The translations under genes were made by a program, and so were the position numbers. The notes below the pieces were generated by a model. It ran no database searches. It was not told the origin of the DNA and worked only from the letters and a program-made list of their open reading frames with translations. From a virus: a DNA stretch of 64,000 nucleotides. Below are positions 17,648-27,835 of the stretch, piece after piece. The stretch is from the IMG/VR virus record IMGVR_UViG_3300029309_000008, positions 1-64,000 of that record. One strand, 5' to 3'. The stretch's first letter is position 1; each line of letters begins with the position of its first letter.

Positions 17648-18820
17648 ATGTCAGAAGAAAATAAAAATCCCTTTACTATAGGGACCCCGTTCACAATTCA
17701 ATTTGATGATGCGGCAGCTTCAGAAACTGATGAAAACCAAACTGAAACTGAAGATAGTAAGACAGAAGAAACAGCCCCTGCAAAAGAAGAAAAGCAAGAA
17801 GCCGCACCAGTAAAGGCTTCTCCTGAAAAGGAAGTGGAGGAGAAAAGTGGTAAGGTAGAGATAGAGGATATCCTAGATAAGCCTGTGGCTTTCGATGATG
17901 AGGAACCTTCTCAAGCTGAAACTACAGAGGCAAAGGAAGCTATCAAAGAGGCTTTAAGCTCTGACGATGAAAACTTTGACTACGATTATGTTTCTAAAAA
18001 ATTAATTGAAGCAGGGTTTTGGGAGGACTTTGAAGGAAGAGAAGAAACTGAAATAACTAAAGAAGTATTTGAGCAGCTCTCTAAGCAACAAGATAAGTGG
18101 AAGAAAGAGAATCTAGCTACGACTCTCTTTTCTAGCTTGGACCCCGCTGAAAAAGAATTTCTGGCTTTTAAAAAGCAAGGTGGTGATTTGCACACCTATT
18201 ATCAGTCCAGAACACAAGTAGATAGAATTAATAACTTAGATATTGACTCAGAGCAAGGTAAGTTGAATTCTATTTATACTTATTATAAGAATTTTGTTGG
18301 ATGGGACGATGCTAAGATTCAAAAGCACCTTGCTAGAATCTCTGAAACTCCAGAAGACCTTGAAGAAGAGGCTATGTCTTCTTACGAGAAGATTCAACAA
18401 CACACAAAGCAGCAGCATGAACAGTTGGTACAACAACAGCAACAGGTTGCTGAACAGAGACAGCAAGCAGTTAACGATTATAAGAAAACTGTTAGAGAAA
18501 CTCTTAAAACTAAAAACTTTAATCAAAATCAAATTAAATCGGTGGTTAGCGGGCTAACCAAACTAGATGAGAATGGTTTTGCTGAAGTAGATAAAGCTTT
18601 TTTACAGTTTAGGAATCATCCTGAACGAGCCATCGAGCTTTACAGATTCTTGACTGACTATCAAGGCTACATTGAGGACGTAACTCGTACAAGAGAGAAC
18701 GAAACCAAAAAAAGAGTCTTTATGGACATCAAGAAAGCTAAGAAGACAGAAGATGAGAAACGTGATTTCTCTTTCAAACCTACAAGGGACAAAAAAACAA
18801 AAAATCCCTTTATCAAGTAG
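17648..18820 (+). CDS. capsid scaffolding-like protein
   Basis: Acidic, disordered N-terminus and coiled coil; between portal and capsid. Confidence 0.65.
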   Translation: MSEENKNPFTIGTPFTIQFDDAAASETDENQTETEDSKTEETAPAKEEKQEAAPVKASPEKEVEEKSGKVEIEDILDKPVAFDDEEPSQAETTEAKEAIKEALSSDDENFDYDYVSKKLIEAGFWEDFEGREETEITKEVFEQLSKQQDKWKKENLATTLFSSLDPAEKEFLAFKKQGGDLHTYYQSRTQVDRINNLDIDSEQGKLNSIYTYYKNFVGWDDAKIQKHLARISETPEDLEEEAMSSYEKIQQHTKQQHEQLVQQQQQVAEQRQQAVNDYKKTVRETLKTKNFNQNQIKSVVSGLTKLDENGFAEVDKAFLQFRNHPERAIELYRFLTDYQGYIEDVTRTRENETKKRVFMDIKKAKKTEDEKRDFSFKPTRDKKTKNPFIK

Positions 18821-18863
18821 TATATATTTTTTTAAATAATTTTAATTTTAAACACCGAGTACA

Positions 18864-20534
18864 ATGGGAAAAGAAAATTTTAATGGGCAGTTTATTGGAG
18901 CGAACTTCAATGACTCTACGGTGATTGGTGTTACCAATAAGAGCGACATCCAATCCCAATTCGGCTATCTCGACTCAGTTGCTTTGAAAGCATCTGATTA
19001 TGTCGATGACAGAACATCACTAGGAATGCTTGAGCTATTCGAAAATGCTCGAATCGTAAATGTTCCTTTTATTAAAGATGCTCTGAAAAATTCAGACAAA
19101 ATTTATGTTAACGGAATCAGAGGAAGTTTTGATTACGAAATCGCAATGGAAATTGATAAACCATGCGTTATTCAAAATGTAGAAGAAGGAGATTTCTTAG
19201 GTATTGATGGTTCATATTTCGATATAAAGCTATCTCACCCTTACTCTCCTGGTGACATTCTTACTTACGACCCAGTTGATGGTGAGCAAGTAATTGTTAT
19301 TGAAGATTCAGAAGTTGTAGACGAAGGTGACGGTTACGTTCACACTGTACAGCTTGTAACAAGAGACAGAAGCAAATACTTCCCTGCTTCTAAATTGAAG
19401 CCAGGTACAGAGTATGTTAAAATTGACCACATTGCTGGTGAGTTTGACACTCAATACTCTGCTCCCAACATGATGGGATTGGCTCAAAACTCTGTAAAAC
19501 TTCAGTATACGTTAGGTGATTACCGTGCAGTACAAGTTGGATACTCTGCTTACGCAGACGTTCTTACTGTAAACGGGAAAGAAGCATCTCACTTAACTGA
19601 AAGAATTCAAAAAATGCAAGACCGCCTAGGAGGTGATTACTTCTTCGTAGGTCAAGTTAACCCTAACAACGGAAGACTTCTCCGTGACACAGTTCGAGTT
19701 CAACCTATTATGGAAGCTCTTGCAATGGCTGAGTTGATGAAGCTTACTGCAATGGGTATGATGTTCGATAGAGGTGCGACAATCACAGGAATCAATGGTT
19801 CTAAGCTTGTAAATGAAGGGCTCTACCACCAGTTACGTAGAGGTCACAGATTCATCTACAAAAATGTAAATGAGTTACGTCAGTTAATTCAACGTGCTGC
19901 TGAGATTATATATCACGGTACATCTATTCAAATCCACGACAGACGAATGGTATTCAAAGCTGGATTTAACGCACACAATTTAGTTCGTGAATTGTTCAAA
20001 GAAGAGTTCAAGAACACTACTCCAGTACACATTGACCAAGAGGCTCTTCCAGTAAGAATTCTTTCTGGTAATGACAGATACAACTTACAGTATCAGTCTT
20101 ATGCTATCGGTGAGGCATTCCTAAACGGAATCGGTACAGTAAGAGTTGAGCACGACCCATCTCTTGATTATGATAGCTTTGGTGACTACATCAGCCGAGG
20201 GTACTCTGCTGGACTGTCCAAGCGTTCTTACACATTGGTTATGTATGATATCTCTGACCCAATTTATACTAATGTATTTGACAGAAGTGTGTTCCCTAAA
20301 GGTGTTGATATCGACAACAAATCTCAAGGCACTAGCAATCTTTATATTGTTAAGCCTAAGAATGTTCCAGACTTTGCTTACGGTTCTACTAACGGACCAG
20401 TATTCGAATCAGGATTCACATACTCAAGGCCACAACCTGGTAGAGAGTTCACTTGCATGTCTTCCATGTCAGCATGGATTCCAGACAAGTCTAGAGTTGT
20501 AATGATTGAGAAGCTCGAAACTAACGACTTCTAA
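18864..20534 (+). CDS. major capsid protein
   Basis: Position, size and strong highly-expressed codon bias; GIDG..F.I and EGL..QL motifs as in crAss-like MCPs. Confidence 0.85.
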   Translation: MGKENFNGQFIGANFNDSTVIGVTNKSDIQSQFGYLDSVALKASDYVDDRTSLGMLELFENARIVNVPFIKDALKNSDKIYVNGIRGSFDYEIAMEIDKPCVIQNVEEGDFLGIDGSYFDIKLSHPYSPGDILTYDPVDGEQVIVIEDSEVVDEGDGYVHTVQLVTRDRSKYFPASKLKPGTEYVKIDHIAGEFDTQYSAPNMMGLAQNSVKLQYTLGDYRAVQVGYSAYADVLTVNGKEASHLTERIQKMQDRLGGDYFFVGQVNPNNGRLLRDTVRVQPIMEALAMAELMKLTAMGMMFDRGATITGINGSKLVNEGLYHQLRRGHRFIYKNVNELRQLIQRAAEIIYHGTSIQIHDRRMVFKAGFNAHNLVRELFKEEFKNTTPVHIDQEALPVRILSGNDRYNLQYQSYAIGEAFLNGIGTVRVEHDPSLDYDSFGDYISRGYSAGLSKRSYTLVMYDISDPIYTNVFDRSVFPKGVDIDNKSQGTSNLYIVKPKNVPDFAYGSTNGPVFESGFTYSRPQPGREFTCMSSMSAWIPDKSRVVMIEKLETNDF

Positions 20535-20606
20535 TCAAGCCTTATAATTTAATTAGTGGGGGAGGTTATACTCCCCCAATTTAAAAGTCTTTTAAACTTA
20601 GAAATT

Positions 20607-20777
20607 ATGCCAGGACATACAGAAGAAAAAAGAATGATGAAAAAAATGATGGGAACGAGGATGTACGGAGACGGTGGCATGCATCACAACCCACACGGAT
20701 TTGGTGTAGAAGGAAAAGGTGGAAAAAAATCCAATTTTGTCAGTCCTCCAAAAGGTAACTCGAAAGAGACCAAGTAA
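20607..20777 (+). CDS. small basic protein, 56 aa, containing MYGDGG
   Basis: ATG 20607 after an AT-rich leader; the track's GTG start lies inside a hairpin. Confidence 0.6.
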   Translation: MPGHTEEKRMMKKMMGTRMYGDGGMHHNPHGFGVEGKGGKKSNFVSPPKGNSKETK

Positions 20778-20785
20778 TTAAAAAT

Positions 20786-20812
20786 ATGGGGCCTAACCAG
20801 CCCCAATATTTT
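20786..20812 (+). terminator. probable terminator
   Basis: TGGGGC-ctaacca-GCCCCA then AT/T-rich tail. Confidence 0.5.
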
Positions 20813-20868
20813 CCAGAAGTAAGTAGCCCTTACTTAATTTAAAATTAACCAGTAAAAAATAACCAATT

Positions 20869-21777
20869 ATGTATTCAGAATGTTTTGAAGTCGCTAAAGA
20901 CAGGATATATCGCATTGTAGAAAAAGTAGACGACTCCACTCCAGGAGGCCTAAGAGAGATAAACAGATATAAAATGGTTTCCTACACAGCGGAGCCTGCA
21001 AGATGTTTATTCGTAGGAGACCCTGAAACAGGTCGCTATGACACTGGTTTTGACGAAAACTCAGTAGAGTTCGCAGGAAAGTCAAAATCAGAAACTACTA
21101 AAATTTTAAAGGAAAGAGAAAATCTAATTAATTGGTACAATTCCAAGCTTGCTAATTTTCTAAAAACAAATCCTAACTATACAGAAAAGGATTTTGTAGC
21201 CTCAGAGCATTGTGGATTAGACTTATCTCATAACACTATGGTAGACACCAGTGATATGAATAATTACTTCAAGCTTTACTTAGCTTACAGAGGTGGTCAA
21301 ATAACCCCTCAGTGTGATGCTAGTAACCCAAGATATAACGGTTCATTGTATCAAATTGTAGATACAACTAAAACTGAAACAGAACAGACCTCAACTTCTG
21401 AAAAGAAACTAGAGGTTATGACTTGGTTCGGAAATATGCACAAGAAGGATTCCGACAAGTTGAAACAATACCTACAGTATGTAGGAGCGTTGCGAAGAGG
21501 GCAAAGTGCAACAAGAGGCGTTATGCTTTCATTACTTGAAAGATGGATTGCAGACGTTAGAAACTTAGACTATATTCTTCAAACAATTAAGAATACAGAC
21601 TACGAAGAAGTTCTAATTAAAAATAGAATTAGCGACTTCATCAAGAGGAGAAGAATTGTTAAAGAGGATGGAACCTTCTATTTTGACGGGGAAAAACTCG
21701 GAAGAACTACTCAACAAGCTTTCAAAACACTTACAAAAGTTGGAAATGAAGAGCTTCTTGAGAAACTAAATGAATAA
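20869..21777 (+). CDS. conserved crAss-like protein downstream of the MCP
   Basis: TGRYDTGFDE motif; C-terminal F..EKLG; synteny. Confidence 0.7.
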   Translation: MYSECFEVAKDRIYRIVEKVDDSTPGGLREINRYKMVSYTAEPARCLFVGDPETGRYDTGFDENSVEFAGKSKSETTKILKERENLINWYNSKLANFLKTNPNYTEKDFVASEHCGLDLSHNTMVDTSDMNNYFKLYLAYRGGQITPQCDASNPRYNGSLYQIVDTTKTETEQTSTSEKKLEVMTWFGNMHKKDSDKLKQYLQYVGALRRGQSATRGVMLSLLERWIADVRNLDYILQTIKNTDYEEVLIKNRISDFIKRRRIVKEDGTFYFDGEKLGRTTQQAFKTLTKVGNEELLEKLNE

Positions 21778-22445
21778 TGACTATAAGAGAGGCATATTTA
21801 CGGTTTTTAACTAAAGTTAACCAAAACTTAAAGTCGAACAATATAGCTGCCTCAAAGGATAGATTCATCTTCTTGTACAATGAAGAACAAATCAGGTTTC
21901 TTGATTATTGTTTAGATTTTAGAAATGATGAAGCCATTAGCGATGTTGAAGAGTTTCTTGTAATAGACAACAACGTACAACCTCTTCCCGCTGTAGATAA
22001 GATAGTGCCGTTGGACCTAGATGACGATTGGTTCGAAGTATCAAGTGCTTTTGCTTATGTGAAAACAGATGAATGCAAGGGTATAAGAATGAGTCTTTTT
22101 GAGATAAAAAACTTTGACCAAGAGCAGCTAGCGATAGATGAAAACAACGCTCCTTCTTTAAGGTACAGACAGGCACCATTTTATATAGGTAATAATAACC
22201 TAAATGTCTACACCAAAGACTTCGATATTGAAAGAGGGGTAGTCACTTACTACAGGTTTCCAAAACCAGTAGACATTTCAGGATACATAGACATAGATGG
22301 AACAGCATCTACAGATATAGACCCAGAGGGCACAGATTGGTGGGTCAACAAAATTATTTCAATGTGTGCCGAATCATTTTTTAGAAACTATGGCGATGCC
22401 AATTTAGTAACAATTAATAAAGATAGGATTATTAACAACAATTAA
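21777..22445 (+). CDS. tail ring/adaptor protein
   Basis: FIFLYNEEQ...YYRFPKPV pattern of crAss ring proteins; synteny. Confidence 0.6.
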   Translation: MTIREAYLRFLTKVNQNLKSNNIAASKDRFIFLYNEEQIRFLDYCLDFRNDEAISDVEEFLVIDNNVQPLPAVDKIVPLDLDDDWFEVSSAFAYVKTDECKGIRMSLFEIKNFDQEQLAIDENNAPSLRYRQAPFYIGNNNLNVYTKDFDIERGVVTYYRFPKPVDISGYIDIDGTASTDIDPEGTDWWVNKIISMCAESFFRNYGDANLVTINKDRIINNN

Positions 22446-22456
22446 AATTTTTTATC

Positions 22457-24880
22457 ATGAATTCACGTTCACACAATTCAGCGTATTCAAGGCTGATGGT
22501 ACTTTCTGACCTGGGTACCGATAATGTAGTAAAGGCAACGGGAGGCTCCCGAGACCTTGCAAATGGTCAAATTGGTCTCTTCCGAATGGCAGGGAAAACT
22601 GCACGAGGTGTAGAAGCAGTATCTGAAATGGATGGATACGGCAAAAAAGAGTTATTCCAAATTCAAGTAGGTACAGGACGTACGCAGGATGCTGGAGGTA
22701 TGACTAACAAGAACTTCTCAACTATCTCTTTCACTAGAGATGACGTTCTCGATGTTACCTTTGATACAGCAAAAGCTCCTGTGTATTCTGAAGTAACTTT
22801 AGGTTACAATGGTACAGCTGGTAGTGGAATCAAACTAAAAGAAAACGAAGCTACTACAGTTTCATTGAAACTATTCGGTGAGCAACTTTCATATCTAGGT
22901 TATCGTGATGGAGTTGCAAATATGGAATTTAGCATATTCTCAGGCTCTCCTGATGCTTGTGATAACTGCTTGAACCCATGTGCTACTACTTCTTGTACTT
23001 CTATCGTAAGAGACTTGGTAGAAGATATTAGAACTTACGAACTTCGTGCTGGTTCTGATTTAGGAACAGGAGCATCTATCAAAGTAGGTGATTTAGTAGA
23101 CGTTATCGGTACTTACTCTTGTACTCCTGATTTAGTACCTTCAACTACTACAGTGTATTACACACTAGAGTTATGTGATGATGGAACATCACAAGCTCTT
23201 GCTAAAGTTCAATCTCAGTATGACGATGGAACTGTAGTAGAGAGAATTGAAAGAGAGGGAACTCAATCGACTTATCAAATCATTAAGTCAGGCGGTGCCC
23301 CAGCTAACTTTGCTCCTACTCAGACTTATACACTTGAGCCAAGTGGAGCTAAGAGACTTGTTCATACCAGAGTTCTTCTTGACTGTGAGGTATGTCCAAC
23401 AGGATTTAGCAAAGTAACAGGAGGCCATGTATTTGAGGTAACACTACCAGTAGAAGCACTTACTGTTGCTGAGGTAAAGTCTGCTATTGAAAATAATGCC
23501 GCTGTAACTTTAGCAAATGTAACTGATGTAGGTAGAGCCACTGGCGACCTTAACAGTCAAGTATATATCATTGTTGCAGATGGAGACATTAGCAGAACAG
23601 ATGTTATTGCAGAATTGATTGCGAAAGCTCCTGGAGCAGGTTCTACAGGTATCAGCGATGCTGCACAACTTGAAGTAGTAGACAAAGGACAAAGTTCTGA
23701 TGTTTGCGTATCTGACAGTGACGGAGTTGCTTCAACTATTGCTTGGAGTACAGGTAAAAGTTGTGATATTTTCTCTAAAACAATTGAGCTTGATGTAGAC
23801 TTAGATTGTGGTCCTTTCGCTACTGCTGCTGCACGAACTACTGCTGCAAACGCCAAACTAGCTGAATTACAAGCTATCTATACTGATTTAAGTGTAGCTC
23901 TTAGCTCTACCGATATAGGAGAGTGTAGAGCACGTTACACAGGTACATTAACTTCTGAACCTGTATGTGAAGGTTGTGAACAGCCAGACCCAATTTTCCC
24001 AGCTATGCCAGATGACTATGAGTTTTCTGCTTGGTCTGAAAGAACTGTAGGAGCATCTGAAATCACTTCTTTCACATTGACTAACGGTTTCACTGCAATT
24101 GGTGCTACTGAAACTGTAACTGTTGATGAGACTTCGGCTGCAGTCACTACTAAGCCTGCAGGTTCTACTTTTAATGTTCAGGTTACAACAAATTCAGCTG
24201 CTGTTGACACTGTTGTTGTAAAAATCGATGCTAGTGACCCTAGTACAGGATTTGCTGTAGGTGACACAATTGTAATCGATGCTGACCAAGTAGGTTCAGG
24301 ATTCAACGCTGGTACTAATGGTACAATCACTCTTACTATAACAGGTATCGGTGGGGCGTTCCCAGATGACTGTGAGTGTGGTATCAAATTCGTTGCTAAG
24401 AACGCATTCTTGTGTCCTCCAGCAATGCTTGCTGACCAAATTGGAACATTCACTCCTAAAGGAGTTAAACTCCAAGTTTCTGGTGGTGAAGCACCTGCAA
24501 ACCTCTTAGAAGGTTATAAATTTGTAACAACTCCATTTAAAGTCACTCGTCACGAAAGAGACTTTGACGGAACTGGATGGGGTATCAACTACATGAAGCA
24601 AGAGAAAGCTTCTGCTGAGTACTTCGCTGGAATTTCTCCACGAAGAAGCTACGCTGAAGGTTACTTAAGCGGATTCGAAACTAAACTTGACCCTTGTACT
24701 CAGTACGACAAGTTCACAGTTAAGTTGAGAAGAAATCCATACGCTGGTACTGCAAGCCGCAGAATGGGAGAAGAAATCAGATATGTCTTCTTAATCCCAA
24801 GTAACACAGGTTGCAGCTACGAATCATTCGTAGGAGCCCTCGGAGGGTCTGTAGATTGTCCGAAGCCTGCTAACAACTAG
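22457..24880 (+). CDS. abundant structural protein (auxiliary capsid protein-like), Cys-rich, with an inserted beta-rich domain
   Basis: Highly-expressed codon bias; CECGIKF and YD.F motifs; synteny. Confidence 0.6.
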   Translation: MNSRSHNSAYSRLMVLSDLGTDNVVKATGGSRDLANGQIGLFRMAGKTARGVEAVSEMDGYGKKELFQIQVGTGRTQDAGGMTNKNFSTISFTRDDVLDVTFDTAKAPVYSEVTLGYNGTAGSGIKLKENEATTVSLKLFGEQLSYLGYRDGVANMEFSIFSGSPDACDNCLNPCATTSCTSIVRDLVEDIRTYELRAGSDLGTGASIKVGDLVDVIGTYSCTPDLVPSTTTVYYTLELCDDGTSQALAKVQSQYDDGTVVERIEREGTQSTYQIIKSGGAPANFAPTQTYTLEPSGAKRLVHTRVLLDCEVCPTGFSKVTGGHVFEVTLPVEALTVAEVKSAIENNAAVTLANVTDVGRATGDLNSQVYIIVADGDISRTDVIAELIAKAPGAGSTGISDAAQLEVVDKGQSSDVCVSDSDGVASTIAWSTGKSCDIFSKTIELDVDLDCGPFATAAARTTAANAKLAELQAIYTDLSVALSSTDIGECRARYTGTLTSEPVCEGCEQPDPIFPAMPDDYEFSAWSERTVGASEITSFTLTNGFTAIGATETVTVDETSAAVTTKPAGSTFNVQVTTNSAAVDTVVVKIDASDPSTGFAVGDTIVIDADQVGSGFNAGTNGTITLTITGIGGAFPDDCECGIKFVAKNAFLCPPAMLADQIGTFTPKGVKLQVSGGEAPANLLEGYKFVTTPFKVTRHERDFDGTGWGINYMKQEKASAEYFAGISPRRSYAEGYLSGFETKLDPCTQYDKFTVKLRRNPYAGTASRRMGEEIRYVFLIPSNTGCSYESFVGALGGSVDCPKPANN

Positions 24881-24902
24881 TAGTTAGATTTCATTAACCT
24901 AA

Positions 24903-24931
24903 GAAGGGGGAGGCTATCCTCCCCCTTTTTT
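24903..24931 (+). terminator. rho-independent terminator
   Basis: AAGGGGGAGG-ctat-CCTCCCCCTT followed by TTTTT. Confidence 0.85.
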
Positions 24932-24944
24932 ATAATATAATATA

Positions 24945-25148
24945 ATGGCAAATTTCGATGTGGCAATAAAAAAAGAAGAACTGGTCAAAAGTGGTTGTAA
25001 TATACCTGTTGGCTATGTTAGATTAACTGAAGTATTAGGTTCTCTACCTGCATACGCTGACGATGCGGCTGCCAAAGCAGCTGGGTTAAAGAAATGCGAT
25101 GTTTACATTAAAACATCTACAGGTGCGATAACAGCAATACAAGCCTAA
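24945..25148 (+). CDS. single-copy adaptor/decoration module protein
   Basis: DVAIKKEE...GC.IP.GYV...LPAYADDAAAKAAGLKKCDVY. Confidence 0.75.
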   Translation: MANFDVAIKKEELVKSGCNIPVGYVRLTEVLGSLPAYADDAAAKAAGLKKCDVYIKTSTGAITAIQA

Positions 25149-25164
25149 TTAATTATGAAAATAT

Positions 25165-25208
25165 GAACCTCATATCTCTATTAATTTTGATAGGGAGTGG
25201 GGTTTTTT
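25165..25208 (+). terminator. probable terminator
   Basis: Imperfect stem AACCTCAT.TCTCTATT/GATAGGGAGTGGGGTT followed by TTTT. Confidence 0.5.
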
Positions 25209-25220
25209 AATATACAGAAA

Positions 25221-25835
25221 ATGGGAAAAGACGTATTAATACCAAAGAAGTGGTTATATACAGATGGCCAATGTACTTACTCTAGTAAGTATGACCTTCT
25301 GTCTAAATATTTTATAAAATATCCAGATGTAACAGGAACAGAAGGACAAGTTCTTTCCCTTGACGCTGATTTAAAACCTGTATGGAAAAATGACGCTGAT
25401 ACAACAACGACATCATTCAGTGTAACAAGTCTTGATGCAGCCATAGGTAGCATGCTAGGAGACAAGCTTATTCCTACAAAAACCGAGACTAGTGGGTTGA
25501 CGGTAGGAAATCCTTACTATATAAGCAATAACTCAGGTGAAACTGACCTTTCTGCTGTATCTGATATTACAAGTACAACAGCAATGAGTGCAGCTATTGG
25601 TTTAGCAGTAGGTACAACAAGTGCCAGTGGTATTTTAGTTAGGGGACTTGTTAGATTAAATGCCGACCTACAACCAGGAGCAACTTTATACTTCGTTAAC
25701 AATTCTCTATCTGCTACCGCACCCTCAACAACAGGTCAGTATGTTAGAATAGCAGGTTATGTCCTACAAAAAGTTAGTTCCACTAACAGTGTAGTTTATT
25801 TTAATCCATCTCAAGACTTTATATTATTATCTTAA
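25221..25835 (+). CDS. fibre/decoration protein
   Basis: GTEGQVL fibre motif; C-terminal AIGLA..GIL.RG...TAPS..G..VR..GY...YFNPS; ATG 25221. Confidence 0.65.
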   Translation: MGKDVLIPKKWLYTDGQCTYSSKYDLLSKYFIKYPDVTGTEGQVLSLDADLKPVWKNDADTTTTSFSVTSLDAAIGSMLGDKLIPTKTETSGLTVGNPYYISNNSGETDLSAVSDITSTTAMSAAIGLAVGTTSASGILVRGLVRLNADLQPGATLYFVNNSLSATAPSTTGQYVRIAGYVLQKVSSTNSVVYFNPSQDFILLS

Positions 25836-25847
25836 AATTTAGAAAAA

Positions 25848-26135
25848 ATGGCATTACAAGGTTCAATTACATTCAAAGGTTTACCAGTACCAAAGGCATA
25901 TCTTGATATTCACAAAATTGTTATAGACGTAGAAAGCATGTCTGCTAACATGGAATACAAAGTATATGCAAACGAAGATGTGTTTGCTAAGGATAAAAGC
26001 AATCACCTTACAACTCATATAGAAGTTGTACCTGTTCAGGAAGTCTTCATAGATAAACTCTTACGAGCTGGTAGAGAAGAAGCTAAGAAAGACGGTAAGA
26101 AGTTTGGTGGATTTAAGGATTATAGAAGAGAGTAA
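25848..26135 (+). CDS. fibre-associated small protein
   Basis: MAL...ITFKGL...AY pattern; context. Confidence 0.6.
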   Translation: MALQGSITFKGLPVPKAYLDIHKIVIDVESMSANMEYKVYANEDVFAKDKSNHLTTHIEVVPVQEVFIDKLLRAGREEAKKDGKKFGGFKDYRRE

Positions 26136-26138
26136 CCT

Positions 26139-27545
26139 ATGGCTAATATTGGAAGCATATCAGGTGTATTAGCATCTGCTATATCTTCAATAGATGGTAT
26201 AGCTAAGTCTGCTATATCTGCTGTTGATGGGGTATTATTTTCAGTTATTTCCACATTAATTGCTATTATTGCAAAAGGTACAGCAAATGATGCTATAACT
26301 TCGGGAATACAGGGTACTTCAGGGAATTCCAGTTGCGGAAAAACTGTACAATTAGATTTAGGAAAATATATAACGTTTAATGGTCAGTTAACAAATGCAA
26401 ATAACCAAAATGTTCTTGGTGTTGGAATAACTCAATCGGATTTAACTCTAACGACTAGTTCTTCAGTATTAAGTGTTTATCCAGGGACTGCTGATTTAGA
26501 CCCATACGGTAGAGGTCAAGCAATGGGAGCGTGTAAATTAAATTCTAACCAAGCACTTGTTTGTTCTCCCTCAGTTGGAGTTGGAAATGTCTTTAAGGTA
26601 TTAACATATAGTGGAGGCACAAATGCTCTTGTTATAGATGCTACATTTAATGATGGTGATTCTGCAAATTTAGTTGACAGGTTCCCAAATTTTCAACTTT
26701 TAAAAGTTAGTGGTACTGTATATACAGTTGCATCTACTGGATTGAGTAGAGGAGGAGCATTCCCTTATGCAAGGGTGTGGGATATAGATATTTCAGGTTC
26801 TGGTTCAGCAACATCAAGAGGGATAATTTATCCTATGGGAACAGGACCAGCCTCTGGTAATGGAAAAACAAACTTATGTTATTTAGGTACTGTTGGTGGA
26901 AAAGAATGCTTTGCAATTTTTTATGCTAAATCCACTTCTGGTGCTGGAGTAGCTTATTATGCAGTTTATGAATACAATACTTCAACTAATACTTTAGTTG
27001 AGACTGTTGGCGATACATTATATAAAAGTGGTTCAAATTCTTTTGAAGGATTTGTAGATTTTAAAATTGAAGATGGAAGAGGTCCAGTTATGTTTGTAGA
27101 AAACAGTGTAGGCTATATTGCAGGTGCAATATATGATGGAACATCGTTTAGTGTTGGGTCCTCTAGCACATGGGGAACAGCTTCGGATTTAGTAAGATTT
27201 CCAGGAATGTGTCCATATTATAATGGTCAAGAAAATTCCACTTCTCAATTTATTATTGGTAATGGAAAAAATAGTAACGCGTCTGGACAAACGGCAAAAT
27301 TTAATGTCTTTCCAGTAAATTATAACTCTTCATCTAATCAATTTGATACTTCTAAATATAATACTTCAGATAGTGAAGATGTTTTAGAAGATTCAGCTAC
27401 AACAACTACATTTAGTGGTGCCATACATAACCCATTTATAGGTACACAAAACACAGAATTTGGCTCAGTTGTTACCACTTATAGAGATTCTGTAGGAACA
27501 TTTAGAGGACAAAGAGCTAATGCATTTAAAATGAGTAAGACATAA
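26139..27545 (+). CDS. receptor-binding fibre/spike (probable beta-propeller)
   Basis: N-terminal ISGV/IDGI/VDGV repeats; G/S/T-rich beta-strand blades. Confidence 0.65.
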   Translation: MANIGSISGVLASAISSIDGIAKSAISAVDGVLFSVISTLIAIIAKGTANDAITSGIQGTSGNSSCGKTVQLDLGKYITFNGQLTNANNQNVLGVGITQSDLTLTTSSSVLSVYPGTADLDPYGRGQAMGACKLNSNQALVCSPSVGVGNVFKVLTYSGGTNALVIDATFNDGDSANLVDRFPNFQLLKVSGTVYTVASTGLSRGGAFPYARVWDIDISGSGSATSRGIIYPMGTGPASGNGKTNLCYLGTVGGKECFAIFYAKSTSGAGVAYYAVYEYNTSTNTLVETVGDTLYKSGSNSFEGFVDFKIEDGRGPVMFVENSVGYIAGAIYDGTSFSVGSSSTWGTASDLVRFPGMCPYYNGQENSTSQFIIGNGKNSNASGQTAKFNVFPVNYNSSSNQFDTSKYNTSDSEDVLEDSATTTTFSGAIHNPFIGTQNTEFGSVVTTYRDSVGTFRGQRANAFKMSKT

Positions 27546-27811
27546 TGAAATTTTTAGTAACACAATCAGATAGGCAAATTTGTTTAATTGCAGATAACAT
27601 CATATTAGAAAGTGATGGGATATACTATGCTTGGGATGATGCATCTCCCCACAAGGTCACAAGAGCTAACTCAACAGACACCTTAGAAATAGTTGATGTA
27701 CCTGAAGGAACTCAACTTCCTGATGATGAGTTTATCATAGGTAAGTATGTCTATGACTTAGACGGAACATTTAGTATCTATCCTGATTGGGATAATGATG
27801 GCATCGATTAA
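27545..27811 (+). CDS. tail-fibre assembly chaperone-like protein
   Basis: C-terminal P.D....KY.YD..G.F..YPDW; directly after a fibre gene. Confidence 0.6.
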   Translation: MKFLVTQSDRQICLIADNIILESDGIYYAWDDASPHKVTRANSTDTLEIVDVPEGTQLPDDEFIIGKYVYDLDGTFSIYPDWDNDGID

Positions 27812-27835
27812 TAGTATATATAAAATATTTTAAAA

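Noticed and set aside
12634-20534. Introns or inteins in terminase, portal or capsid
   Set aside because: Uninterrupted ORFs; no C...HN-[CST] intein ends or LAGLIDADG motifs recognised.
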